This document shows, one piece after another, positions 1 to 7,546 of a DNA stretch of 41,804 bases. The notes below the pieces were generated by a model, which worked only from the letters and a program-made list of their open reading frames with translations, made no database searches and was not told the DNA's origin. The DNA is taken from positions 1 to 41,804 of the IMG/VR virus record IMGVR_UViG_3300043411_000280. One strand, written 5' to 3'. The DNA is from a virus. Its lineage: Duplodnaviria; Caudoviricetes. The first letter of the stretch is position 1; each line of letters begins with the position of its first letter. The position numbers were made by a program, and so were the translations under genes.

Positions 1-75
1 GCCACCAAAGGCAGCGATGCACTTGTCCGCAGGCGTCTCGGCTGGGGTTTGATTTGTTTCAGTATTCATGCGGCC

Positions 76-104
76 ATTGTAGCAAAAAACGCAACGCGTT
101 GCAT
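76..104 (-). promoter_or_regulatory. Putative leftward sigma70 promoter for the Cro-like gene (leaderless)
   Basis: Minus-strand -10 TACAAT (81-76), 17-bp spacer, -35-like ATGCAA (104-99). The ATG at 69 lies 7 nt downstream of the -10 and has no SD. Confidence 0.55.
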
Positions 105-122
105 TTGTTGCAATTCAGCAAC
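79..122. promoter_or_regulatory. Cluster of operator-like palindromes
   Basis: GTAGC-AAAAAAC-GCAAC (79-95), GTTGC-ATTTGTT-GCAAT (98-114) and GTTGC-AATTCA-GCAAC (107-122). Confidence 0.6.
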
Positions 123-136
123 TCAATTACATTTAT

Positions 137-180
137 TTGCATCGTGGCAGATTTGTGTGGCATGATGCAGTTATCGCAAC
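137..180 (+). promoter_or_regulatory. Putative rightward early promoter with overlapping operator
   Basis: -35 TTGCAT (137-142), 18-bp spacer, extended -10 TGgCATGAT (158-166), operator GATGC-AGTTATC-GCAAC (164-180), SD AGGAG (186-190). Confidence 0.55.
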
Positions 181-196
181 ACAACAGGAGAAACCC

Positions 197-472
197 ATGA
201 GCCGACACGACGACCTGACCATGTACATGGCCAACATGCGCGACGACAGCGACGCCAAGCTGGAATGCTACTTCGACGACTACAGCAACAACCTCTGGCA
301 CGCATACGTCAACGGCGCTGAAATCTTCAACCTGCTCAGCGACACGGTGATCCAAAGCCTTGAGCAAGAGTACGTGAAGCACCGCCGCAGCGAAGCCGAC
401 GCGCACAACCTTGATCTGGCCATCGACCGCTACGAATCACAACGCGAAGCACGCATGCACGCAGCCTATTAA
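197..472 (+). CDS. Hypothetical early protein
   Basis: Strong SD AGGAG before the ATG at 197; first gene of the + arm. Confidence 0.8.
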   Translation: MSRHDDLTMYMANMRDDSDAKLECYFDDYSNNLWHAYVNGAEIFNLLSDTVIQSLEQEYVKHRRSEADAHNLDLAIDRYESQREARMHAAY

Positions 473-493
473 CCAACCAACCGAGAGAACGAT

Positions 494-757
494 ATGAAAA
501 AATACGTAATTGAAATTAACGAGCTGGACTCAGCGCCAAAAGAGTGGACAACCCGCAGCAACTGGCCATCAAACGGCTTCTACAGAGTCAAAGACGAAAG
601 CTACTCGCTCTACCATGTGCATGAAAACGTCGTCAACTACATCAGCTACCCCGAAACGTTTTTGACCACGCCATACATTGAGCCAGGCGAGTCGGTCAGC
701 GAGAGCTTGTTACTCAAAGCCATTGCCGCAGCATCACGCGCCGAGGTGCTCAAATGA
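494..757 (+). CDS. Hypothetical protein
   Basis: 87-aa ORF with GAGAG SD; stop overlaps the next ATG (ATGA). Confidence 0.75.
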   Translation: MKKYVIEINELDSAPKEWTTRSNWPSNGFYRVKDESYSLYHVHENVVNYISYPETFLTTPYIEPGESVSESLLLKAIAAASRAEVLK

Positions 758-1092
758 CAGCAGCACACACACCAGGCCCATGGCGACACCGCAAACACAA
801 CGGCGAGCACATCATCGACAGCACGACGCAATACGGGCTGCCGGTCTACGTGGCGACTCTGATCACCGTAGCGCCAGAGCAGGGCGACAACGAAGCCAAC
901 GCACGCCTAATCGCCGCAGCACCTGAATTGTTGGCGGCACTGCAAGAGATGGTCGACGTTACCGAAGATGAATGCCGCCTCGATCACCACGGCTACTGCC
1001 AAGCCCACTATCTCGACGACACAAACAACGGCGGATGCCGCGTAGCGAACGCCAAAGCCGCCATCATCAAAGCAACAGGACAAGCAAAATGA
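754..1092 (+). CDS. Phage protein of the HTPGPW...ANARLIAAAPELL family
   Basis: Has the HTPGPW and ANARLIAAAPELLAAL motifs that are widespread in phage early genes; ATGA-coupled at both ends. Confidence 0.85.
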   Translation: MTAAHTPGPWRHRKHNGEHIIDSTTQYGLPVYVATLITVAPEQGDNEANARLIAAAPELLAALQEMVDVTEDECRLDHHGYCQAHYLDDTNNGGCRVANAKAAIIKATGQAK

Positions 1093-2048
1093 CCACCGAA
1101 ATCATCATCACCACCAGCGAGCAACAGTGGCTCGAACTGCGCACCAAGGACGTGACCAGCACCGAATCAGCCGCGCTGTTTGGCATGAGCCCATACGTTA
1201 CGCACTTCGACCTCTGGCACCGCAAGAGCAACCACATCACGGCAGACTTCAAAGTCAACGACCGCATGAAGTGGGGCAACCGGCTGGAAGCGGCCATCGC
1301 CCACGGCATCGCAGAGGAGCAAAGCTGGCAGATCAAGCCGCTCAAGGAATACATGCGCGACCCAGACGCACGCATGGGCAGCTCGTTCGACTTCGTGATC
1401 ACCAACCTCGAAGGCGGTCCGGTCCACTTGGAGATCAAGAACGTCGACTACCTCGCATTCCGAGACGGCTGGATTGAACACGACGACGGCAGCATCGAAG
1501 CACCAGAGCACATCGAGATGCAGGTGCAGCACCAGATGGCCGTGAGCGGATTCAAGCGTGCATTCATCGGCGCATTCATTGGCGGCAACCGAGGCGTGGT
1601 CATCGAGCGCCAGCGCGACGAGGAAGTCATCGCAGCCATCAAAGCCAAAGTGGCGGACTTCTGGCGCACCATCGACGCAAAGGAAGAACCCACGCCGGTG
1701 ATGCCAGGCGACGCGGACGTGGTCATCAAGCTCAACCAGTACGCACAGCCAGGCAAGGTGATCGACTCCAGCGACGACACCACGCTTGCACAGTTGGTGG
1801 CCGACTACAAGAACGCCGCAGCACAGGCAGCCAACTGGGAAGAAGACAAACAGGTGTGCAAAGCCAAGCTGCTCGAGCACATCGGCGACGCGGAAAAGGT
1901 ACTGCTCGACGGCTGGACCATTAGCGCATCGATGCAGGCCGACACACCAGCAACGCTGATCACCGAAGACATGGTGGGCAAAACCTACGGTGGCCGCAAA
2001 GGCTTCCGAAATCTACGAATAAACACACGCAAGCCCACTAAAGCGTGA
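1089..2048 (+). CDS. YqaJ-like (lambda exonuclease family) viral recombinase exonuclease
   Basis: WLELR, TSTESAALFG.SPY, WGNRLE, SSFD, LEIK and QVQHQMAV motifs; ATG at 1089 overlaps the upstream stop; RecT lies nearby. Confidence 0.92.
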   Translation: MTTEIIITTSEQQWLELRTKDVTSTESAALFGMSPYVTHFDLWHRKSNHITADFKVNDRMKWGNRLEAAIAHGIAEEQSWQIKPLKEYMRDPDARMGSSFDFVITNLEGGPVHLEIKNVDYLAFRDGWIEHDDGSIEAPEHIEMQVQHQMAVSGFKRAFIGAFIGGNRGVVIERQRDEEVIAAIKAKVADFWRTIDAKEEPTPVMPGDADVVIKLNQYAQPGKVIDSSDDTTLAQLVADYKNAAAQAANWEEDKQVCKAKLLEHIGDAEKVLLDGWTISASMQADTPATLITEDMVGKTYGGRKGFRNLRINTRKPTKA

Positions 2049-2071
2049 TACACTGTTGCAAAGTTCACAAC
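2046..2071 (+). promoter_or_regulatory. Putative promoter and operator for tad1-recT
   Basis: Extended -10 TGaTACACT (2046-2054) directly followed by GTTGC-AAAGTTC-ACAAC (2055-2071). Confidence 0.5.
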
Positions 2072-2111
2072 ACCGCCACCGGTCGGCCACCGGTACTTTT
2101 AGGAGAAAACA

Positions 2112-2471
2112 ATGCGAGTAATTGAAGACCACAAGATTAACCCAGCAAACGACACGCTGACCATCACAGTGCTTGATGAGCCAGGTGCAGGTGGTGCAAA
2201 CCATCAGTACTTGGTCACAGGAATCAAAGACCACCCAGGCGTGCATATCAACTTTCAAAACGGACCAATTCCTGAAAACGGCGTCAACGGTTTGACTCAA
2301 GAAGTCCTACTGGCCATCGTTGCAGACCGACTGCGCAGCTTTCAAGCCGGACCTTTTTCTTGCAAAGCCAACGCTTGCGCACTCACACACATTGAGGAAG
2401 CACAACATTGGCTGCAACAACGAACCATCGAACGCATGCGTCGCGGCGTCGAAGGCACCCACCAAATTTAA
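2112..2471 (+). CDS. tad1: Tad1-family anti-defence sponge protein (binds Thoeris/CBASS signalling molecules)
   Basis: GAGGANHQY, INFQNGP..E.GVNG, LLAIVADRLRSFQAGPFSCKANACALTHIEEA, WL..RT..R..RGVEGT closely follow the Tad1 pattern as I recall it; 119 aa; SD TAGGAG. Confidence 0.88.
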   Translation: MRVIEDHKINPANDTLTITVLDEPGAGGANHQYLVTGIKDHPGVHINFQNGPIPENGVNGLTQEVLLAIVADRLRSFQAGPFSCKANACALTHIEEAQHWLQQRTIERMRRGVEGTHQI

Positions 2472-2483
2472 TAGGAGAAACCC

Positions 2484-3329
2484 ATGAGCAACAACCAGCT
2501 CGTCGTACAAGAAGTGCGACACGCCATCGAGAAGATGGCCCCCCAGTTCAAAGCAGCCCTGCCTGCCCACGTCAGCGTCGAAAAGTTTGTGCGCGTCACC
2601 CTGACCGCAGTGCAAACCAACCCAGCCCTGCTGGACGCTGACCGACGCACGCTCTTCGGCGCAGCAACCAAAGCCGCACAGATGGGCCTGCTGCCAGACG
2701 GGCGCGAAGGCGCAATCGTCACATTCGGCAACCAGGCGCAGTGGATGCCCATGGTCGCAGGCATCATGAAGCTGGTGCGCAACTCAGGCGAGATCAGCAC
2801 ATGGAGCGTGCAAGCGGTCTACGAGAACGACCAGTTCGACTTCTGCCTTGGCGACGAGGAGCACATCACCCACAAGCCAGCGTTGTCAAACCGAGGCGCA
2901 CTGATCGCGGTGTACAGCATCGTGAGCATGAAGGACGGCGAGAAGTCCCGCGAGGTCATGAGCGTCGAAGACGTCAACGCCATCCGAGCACGCAGCCGCA
3001 GCGGCAAGTCCGGCCCATGGGTTAGCGACTTCGCCGAGATGGCCAAGAAAACGGTGGTGCGCCGCCACAGCAAACGCCTGCCACTGAGCACCGACATCGA
3101 CGGCGTCATGCAAGCCGACGACGAGCTGTTCATGCCACCAACGCAAGAAACCACGCAAACGGCCCAAGCGCAGCCTGAAACAACCAGCGCAGCCAAGCGC
3201 CCCAGCCGGTTGCAAAAGGTCGCGGAACAGGCCCCACAGACCCAGCCAGACGACGACGGCGTGATTGACGTGCCACACCGCGAGCCGGTACCAGAAACCG
3301 CAGGCAACGCGGACGACTCGCCCATCTAA
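2484..3329 (+). CDS. recT: RecT-family single-strand annealing recombinase
   Basis: ALPAHVSVEKFVR, AAQMGLLPDGREGAIV, GPWVSDFAEMAKKTVVRR..KRLPLS, acidic disordered tail. Confidence 0.93.
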   Translation: MSNNQLVVQEVRHAIEKMAPQFKAALPAHVSVEKFVRVTLTAVQTNPALLDADRRTLFGAATKAAQMGLLPDGREGAIVTFGNQAQWMPMVAGIMKLVRNSGEISTWSVQAVYENDQFDFCLGDEEHITHKPALSNRGALIAVYSIVSMKDGEKSREVMSVEDVNAIRARSRSGKSGPWVSDFAEMAKKTVVRRHSKRLPLSTDIDGVMQADDELFMPPTQETTQTAQAQPETTSAAKRPSRLQKVAEQAPQTQPDDDGVIDVPHREPVPETAGNADDSPI

Positions 3330-3335
3330 AACCAC

Positions 3336-3354
3336 GGGCCCCTAACACGGGCCC
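3336..3354 (+). promoter_or_regulatory. Intergenic GC-rich hairpin without a U-tract
   Basis: GGGCCC-CTAACAC-GGGCCC immediately after the recT stop. Confidence 0.4.
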
Positions 3355-3369
3355 AACACCGAGAACACC

Positions 3370-3561
3370 ATGACAAACAACCAAGAACTGCTGACACCCG
3401 AAGAAGTCTCATCCATCCTAAAAATCACGGTGGGCACACTTGAGAACTGGCGTCAGAAAAACTACGGCCCCAAGTACATCAAGCTGGGTGGCAAACCACG
3501 CAGCCCAGTGCGCTACCGCCGCCAAGACGTCGAAGGCTGGATCACAGAGGTGAGCCAATGA
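3370..3561 (+). CDS. Excisionase/AlpA-like winged HTH DNA-binding protein
   Basis: LLTPEEVSSILKITVGTLENWR..GPKYIKLG..VRYRRQDVEGWI (HTH_17 pattern). Confidence 0.88.
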   Translation: MTNNQELLTPEEVSSILKITVGTLENWRQKNYGPKYIKLGGKPRSPVRYRRQDVEGWITEVSQ

Positions 3562-4049
3562 AAAAGCGCACCAAGATGAAAACAACCAAGCTGTACCGAT
3601 ACGGCACGCTTGACATCATGTTCGCCAGCCCAGACAAACCCATGGACCCAGAGAAGCGACGCCACCAGCTCACACGCATGTGGAACGGCCTCGCATCAAT
3701 GGAGCAGGCAGAGACACCAACCACAGACGACTGGCGCGTTTGCAGCGACGCTGTGAACCTGATGGAAACCATGGTGAGCATGAACATCGTTGAAGACTCA
3801 AGCGGCCTGCTGCAAGACGCGGTCAAAGCACTGGCCGACGCAGGCCGACGCTACAAAGAAGGCAAGAAGCTGCGCCTCGACGCCACAGGTATGCAATCGG
3901 TCCGCGCGGTCCTCGAAGACTACGCCTCCATGATTGAAGTACTGCCAGCAAGAACCATGATGACGGTGCACCGAGACACCGAACGACGGATTCACGAAAT
4001 CCTGACCGGCAAGAAAAAGCCGCACGACGTAGAGATGATGGACGTATAG
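3558..4049 (+). CDS. Hypothetical phage protein
   Basis: 163-aa ORF, ATGA-coupled to the upstream gene. Confidence 0.8.
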   Translation: MKKRTKMKTTKLYRYGTLDIMFASPDKPMDPEKRRHQLTRMWNGLASMEQAETPTTDDWRVCSDAVNLMETMVSMNIVEDSSGLLQDAVKALADAGRRYKEGKKLRLDATGMQSVRAVLEDYASMIEVLPARTMMTVHRDTERRIHEILTGKKKPHDVEMMDV

Positions 4050-4058
4050 GAGAACACC

Positions 4059-4196
4059 ATGCGCGAGATACTGACCATAGACGACCGACTCAAACAAATG
4101 CGACGCGAGATGCTGCTGAAATGGATGCTGCGCTTTGCAATAGCTGCCGCCTGCGTTGCGGTGTTCTTTGACTTGTTTGTTTGGAGAGCAGCATGA
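4059..4196 (+). CDS. Small membrane protein (45 aa, not in ORF track)
   Basis: SD TAGGAG; MREILTIDDRLKQMRREMLLKWMLRFAIAAACVAVFFDLFVWRAA; ATGA overlap with the next ORF. Confidence 0.7.
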   Translation: MREILTIDDRLKQMRREMLLKWMLRFAIAAACVAVFFDLFVWRAA

Positions 4197-4423
4197 AAGA
4201 ATGGATAGCAGCACTGATCATTGCGCTGGCCATTAGCTGCGCATACATGCTCGACGGTGAAGCTGCAACACTGCTGACCGAATACGACAGGCCAACAAAA
4301 TCGCAAGCCTATCAAACCTGCCGCGACATTGGCGGACCAAACGCGTGGTACGTCATCACCGACGCAGGCAAGCTCGTGTGCCTGAACAAACGCGGCAACA
4401 AACTGTCGAGGCAACCAGAATGA
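4193..4423 (+). CDS. Small exported or membrane-anchored protein
   Basis: N-terminal hydrophobic segment MKEWIAALIIALAISCAY plus two further Cys; ATGA-coupled. Confidence 0.7.
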   Translation: MKEWIAALIIALAISCAYMLDGEAATLLTEYDRPTKSQAYQTCRDIGGPNAWYVITDAGKLVCLNKRGNKLSRQPE

Positions 4424-4530
4424 ACACATGGCCATTCCCACCAGCAACAGGCCCAACACCATGGACTACACAACAACAACGTCAGTATCAAGCACAGCAG
4501 CGTGCGCAACTACCAGAAAGCCCACTATGA
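4420..4530 (+). CDS. Micro-ORF (36 aa, WPFP motif, Gln-rich)
   Basis: MNTWPFPPATGPTPWTTQQQ...; ATGA overlaps at both ends. Confidence 0.6.
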   Translation: MNTWPFPPATGPTPWTTQQQRQYQAQQRAQLPESPL

Positions 4531-4739
4531 CAACCAAACCACAAGACCCATACGCCAGCGAGCAAGAAACCATCGAGCTGATCAAACCAGACACACGCAC
4601 ACCATACGCGAAGATGCTGGACCAGATGCTAGAAATACGCGGCGCAAACGAGCAAGGCGCAGAGCCCTACAAAATACTCTACCGAATCACAGTCGAGCTG
4701 CTCGAAGCGTACTACCACGGCACAGAGGAGCAGCCATGA
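4527..4739 (+). CDS. Hypothetical protein
   Basis: MTTKPQDPYASEQ...; ATGA overlaps at both ends. Confidence 0.65.
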   Translation: MTTKPQDPYASEQETIELIKPDTRTPYAKMLDQMLEIRGANEQGAEPYKILYRITVELLEAYYHGTEEQP

Positions 4740-5590
4740 CACAAACAGAAGCATTGAAGCTGGCGCTTGCGGTGTTGAAGTCCAACGATACTTGGGGTTC
4801 ATCCATCAGAGAAGCCAAAGAGAAAGCCATCACCGCCATCAAAGAATCCTTGGCACAGCCAGAGCAGGAGCCTGTGGCGCTCAATGTGACGATTGAAGGC
4901 GAAGCGGCGAAGTTGTTGTCAGCGATGCTTGAACCCGCCTTGGATGGTGACGACCCGACAGCGATAAGGCTGATGATTGGCAACGGCTATTCAGGGTACG
5001 GCCTTTATGTCGCTGACGATGAGTATCCCGAGGAAGGTTCAGAACTACTTGTCAACACCACTCCGCCACACCCCAAGCATTCAGAGCAGCATCCTGTGGA
5101 GTTTTTGGCAAATGGAACAAGGTTCAAAATGACCTTTGATTCAAAGGGGCGCGTGCCAACTTTTTGGAACTACATGCAAGAGCTTGATGGTCGCTGGGTT
5201 GCACTTGTTGCAGCAGAAGATGACTGTCACCTTAAACTCACCGCCCCACAAAAAACCAAAGAGCCAGAGCAGGAGCCTGTGGCGCACTTTGGGTCTGCTT
5301 ACGTCAATGAGAACGGCGTTCACATCACTACAGTGCTTGGCCCTGTTGCAATCCCACAAGATGCAAAGCTCTACACCACCCAACCACAGCGAGAGCCGAT
5401 TACGGATGAAATAGATCGCCTACGCAAAGCATTGGTATATGTAGCCCATTCGCTTCATGCAACACCACAGTACATGCTCGCAAAAGGAATCACCTTGCTT
5501 GATGGCGATGCTGTACGGGTTTCGATTGACGGATGTGTAGTAGAGGCAAGCGATAAGACCATCGAAGCCGCCCACGGCATTAAGGAGTAA
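4736..5590 (+). CDS. Modular 'EQEPVA' phage protein
   Basis: Starts MTQTEALKLAL after SD GAGGAG; QPEQEPVA / SEQHPVE / EPEQEPVA linkers separate unrelated modules; ends IEAAHGIKE. Confidence 0.8.
   Translation: MTQTEALKLALAVLKSNDTWGSSIREAKEKAITAIKESLAQPEQEPVALNVTIEGEAAKLLSAMLEPALDGDDPTAIRLMIGNGYSGYGLYVADDEYPEEGSELLVNTTPPHPKHSEQHPVEFLANGTRFKMTFDSKGRVPTFWNYMQELDGRWVALVAAEDDCHLKLTAPQKTKEPEQEPVAHFGSAYVNENGVHITTVLGPVAIPQDAKLYTTQPQREPITDEIDRLRKALVYVAHSLHATPQYMLAKGITLLDGDAVRVSIDGCVVEASDKTIEAAHGIKE
4857..5285 (+). repeat. 24-bp direct repeat (4857-4880 and 5262-5285) plus a degenerate copy at about 5082-5099
   Basis: AGCCAGAGCAGGAGCCTGTGGCGC is present twice exactly. Confidence 0.9.
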
Positions 5591-5593
5591 GAC

Positions 5594-5788
5594 ATGAAAG
5601 AACCAACATACCACTGCCCCGAGTGCGATAGCGAACGAGTGACAACAGAGCACCATCAAATGTTTATGCGAAACACGGGTGAGCACTATTGCCACAGCAT
5701 GAAAACACATGACGGTGATTCACCTGCAACTTGTTTAGATTGCCGCTGGACAGGTGAAGGCTACCAACTCAAGGAGAAGAACACATGA
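5594..5788 (+). CDS. Small zinc-ribbon protein
   Basis: CPEC...CLDC; SD AAGGAG. Confidence 0.75.
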   Translation: MKEPTYHCPECDSERVTTEHHQMFMRNTGEHYCHSMKTHDGDSPATCLDCRWTGEGYQLKEKNT

Positions 5789-5922
5789 CCTGCAAACACC
5801 GATACGAGCCACGAGCATGGATGGACAAGATGCTCGTCAAGCAACAAAAAACAAACACACACTGGTGGATGTGCACGCGCTGCCATAACGTAATATTTTC
5901 CACACTGAAAGACCGCACATGA
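5785..5922 (+). CDS. Small Cys/His protein (45 aa, not in track)
   Basis: SD AAGGAG; MTCKHRYEP...WWMCTRCH...; ATGA-coupled. Confidence 0.65.
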   Translation: MTCKHRYEPRAWMDKMLVKQQKTNTHWWMCTRCHNVIFSTLKDRT

Positions 5923-6053
5923 TTCGCAACGGCGTCCTTATTTTTCTCACCGGCGTGTCAATGGCTGTCTTGTTTGATAGCGTTGCGCTGCACAGCGTCG
6001 GATGCTTTATTGCAGGCATAGGCCTTGGCTTTATTTCAAAGGAAAACACATGA
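5919..6053 (+). CDS. Small two-TM membrane protein (44 aa, not in track)
   Basis: MIRNGVLIFLTGVSMAVLFDSVALHSVGCFIAGIGLGFISKENT; ATGA overlaps at both ends. Confidence 0.6.
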   Translation: MIRNGVLIFLTGVSMAVLFDSVALHSVGCFIAGIGLGFISKENT

Positions 6054-6244
6054 CCACCCCAGCACGCCACCTCTTCGAAAAACTTTATGGCGACTTCGGC
6101 TTGAAGCCAACAGACGCTGCATGGCTTGTGTTTCTGTCCGGCTGGAATGGCGCACTGGAGCAAGCCGCCAAGGAATTCGAGAGCATGCCATTCGGCGACA
6201 CCGCAGCAAGCACGGCTGCATACCTACGAGACCACAGAGAGTAA
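6050..6244 (+). CDS. Hypothetical protein
   Basis: MTTPARHLFEKLYG...; SD AAGGA; ATGA-coupled. Confidence 0.7.
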   Translation: MTTPARHLFEKLYGDFGLKPTDAAWLVFLSGWNGALEQAAKEFESMPFGDTAASTAAYLRDHRE

Positions 6245-6247
6245 ACC

Positions 6248-6517
6248 ATGACAACAATCATCAACGCATTCCACCCCGCCTACGTGGCCACGCACATGCC
6301 TGAGTTCATGACCAAGATGCGCAACGAATCAACGCAAGCAGAGAACGGACGCATGTACGGCGCACGATCCAAAGTGCAACGCGAGTCGGTCGCAGGCACA
6401 TCAGTCAACACCATCAGCGCATTCCCAAAGACGCAGCGCGTCAGCTTAGCGCCACGCGAGATCACGTACTACAGCAAAGCCGGTACCGCCAACACAACCA
6501 AGAAGAAAAAGAAATGA
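6248..6517 (+). CDS. Hypothetical basic protein
   Basis: 89-aa ORF with a Lys-rich C-terminus. Confidence 0.7.
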   Translation: MTTIINAFHPAYVATHMPEFMTKMRNESTQAENGRMYGARSKVQRESVAGTSVNTISAFPKTQRVSLAPREITYYSKAGTANTTKKKKK

Positions 6518-6639
6518 GCGAGGAAGCAAAAAGCCTGCTGACGTTGATCGCGTTGATCTTCGTTGCAGCAGGCCTCAGCGTTGGCGTGATGTGCTGGTTT
6601 TTAACCCGCGACATCTACAACCACGACGATCAAGCGTAG
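6514..6639 (+). CDS. Small single-TM protein (41 aa), last gene of the + arm
   Basis: MSEEAKSLLTLIALIFVAAGLSVGVMCWFL...; ATGA-coupled; overlaps the convergent endolysin stop. Confidence 0.55.
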   Translation: MSEEAKSLLTLIALIFVAAGLSVGVMCWFLTRDIYNHDDQA

Positions 6640-7100
6640 GCGCGTGTGCCTTGCTTGTCGATGATGAGCTTCGACTTCTTGGGCACGTCGCTGTCGTTCG
6701 TTGTGATGGCCACGTGGGTCCAGCGATCAAACTCACGAATCACCTGTTGGTAAGGAAGCTCGCTGGCGATGATTGCCTTCACCACTTCGTCAGGCGTCAT
6801 GCCAGGCACTCGAATGTCAGCAGCACAACCGCGACGGTGATCGCTGGTGTTCTTTGAGCCAACAGCCGTGTTCACAGCCTCAGAGCGAAACGCGCTGTTC
6901 ACCATGATGGGCTTGCCACCCAAGATGACCTTTAACTGCTCAAGAAAGTTGGCCAGGCGTGGCAGGTTCTCGTAGGCATTCACCATCACCTCCTTGCCGT
7001 CGATGATGCAACGCTCACTGGTGGTGGGCGTGTTGTCCAGCTCGCGATGGTCGGTGTGTGTCAGCTCTTCAAGCGTGAAGTTTGGGGTTAGGTTTGTCAT
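6630..7100 (-). CDS. Endolysin, peptidase M15 family (Zn peptidoglycan peptidase)
   Basis: LTPNFTLEEL, SAFRS..VN.AVGS, SDHRRGCAADI (SxHxxGxAxD) and WTHV. Confidence 0.92.
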   Translation of the reverse strand: MTNLTPNFTLEELTHTDHRELDNTPTTSERCIIDGKEVMVNAYENLPRLANFLEQLKVILGGKPIMVNSAFRSEAVNTAVGSKNTSDHRRGCAADIRVPGMTPDEVVKAIIASELPYQQVIREFDRWTHVAITTNDSDVPKKSKLIIDKQGTRAYA

Positions 7101-7546
7101 TTACGTTTCTCCATGATTTTCTCTGCGGTGCGGCCACCAAAATACGCGCCCATAACGAGCATTCCCCACTGGCCAAGCAGGGTCACGTAGGATTCAGAAA
7201 TCTCAAAGCCGAAGCCATCAGCCACAGCCATACCAAGGTAGGCGGTCAGCAGATACACCAGCGTCATAGGACGAATGTTTTTAGACAGCCATGAGTCGCT
7301 GGCCATGTCGGCCTTCCAACGGTCGCTGACGTTTTGCTGCTCAACCTCGAACGCCTTGGTGTCGATTTCCTTGAGCTTCAAAGCCAACGATGGGTCAGCC
7401 TCCAAAGCCTTAGTCACCTCACCAATGGAAGCAGGAACGCCAAGCTTGTCAGCGATAGCCTTAACAGCCATGCCGCCCATCGGGCCAGCCACCGCAGTGG
7501 CCAGCGCAGGAGCAGCGCTCCCGAGCAGCTTAAGCAGGCTGTCCAT
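7097..7546 (-). CDS. Putative holin (3TM/GTA-holin-like)
   Basis: APALATAVAGP.GG, DSWLSKNIRP, TM segments and AYFGGRT.EK; adjacent to the endolysin. Confidence 0.75.
   Translation of the reverse strand: MDSLLKLLGSAAPALATAVAGPMGGMAVKAIADKLGVPASIGEVTKALEADPSLALKLKEIDTKAFEVEQQNVSDRWKADMASDSWLSKNIRPMTLVYLLTAYLGMAVADGFGFEISESYVTLLGQWGMLVMGAYFGGRTAEKIMEKRK

Larger units (their letters stand above)
1..127. repeat. Terminal direct repeat (copy 1), circular assembly overlap
   Basis: Bases 1-127 are identical to 41678-41804. The 127-bp length equals a common de Bruijn k-mer size, and the repeat includes the start of the Cro-like gene. Confidence 0.95.

Noticed and set aside
1-127. Biological direct terminal repeat of T7 type
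   Set aside because: The length equals a standard assembler k-mer and the repeat cuts through a gene, so an assembly overlap explains it better.
972-1088. N-terminal extensions in the ORF track (972, 4502, 24025, 35283, 39615 starts)
   Set aside because: Downstream starts with SD sequences or stop/start overlaps (1089, 4736, 23959, 35229, 39426) fit better.
2079-2087. CCGGTCGGC in the tad1 leader is complementary to the capsid mRNA leader (29702-29710)
   Set aside because: Only 9 nt of GC-rich sequence, which is plausible by chance; no further support.
3370-3561. Integration module (xis-int-attP)
   Set aside because: No integrase or att-like site was recognisable; the HTH alone does not show lysogeny.
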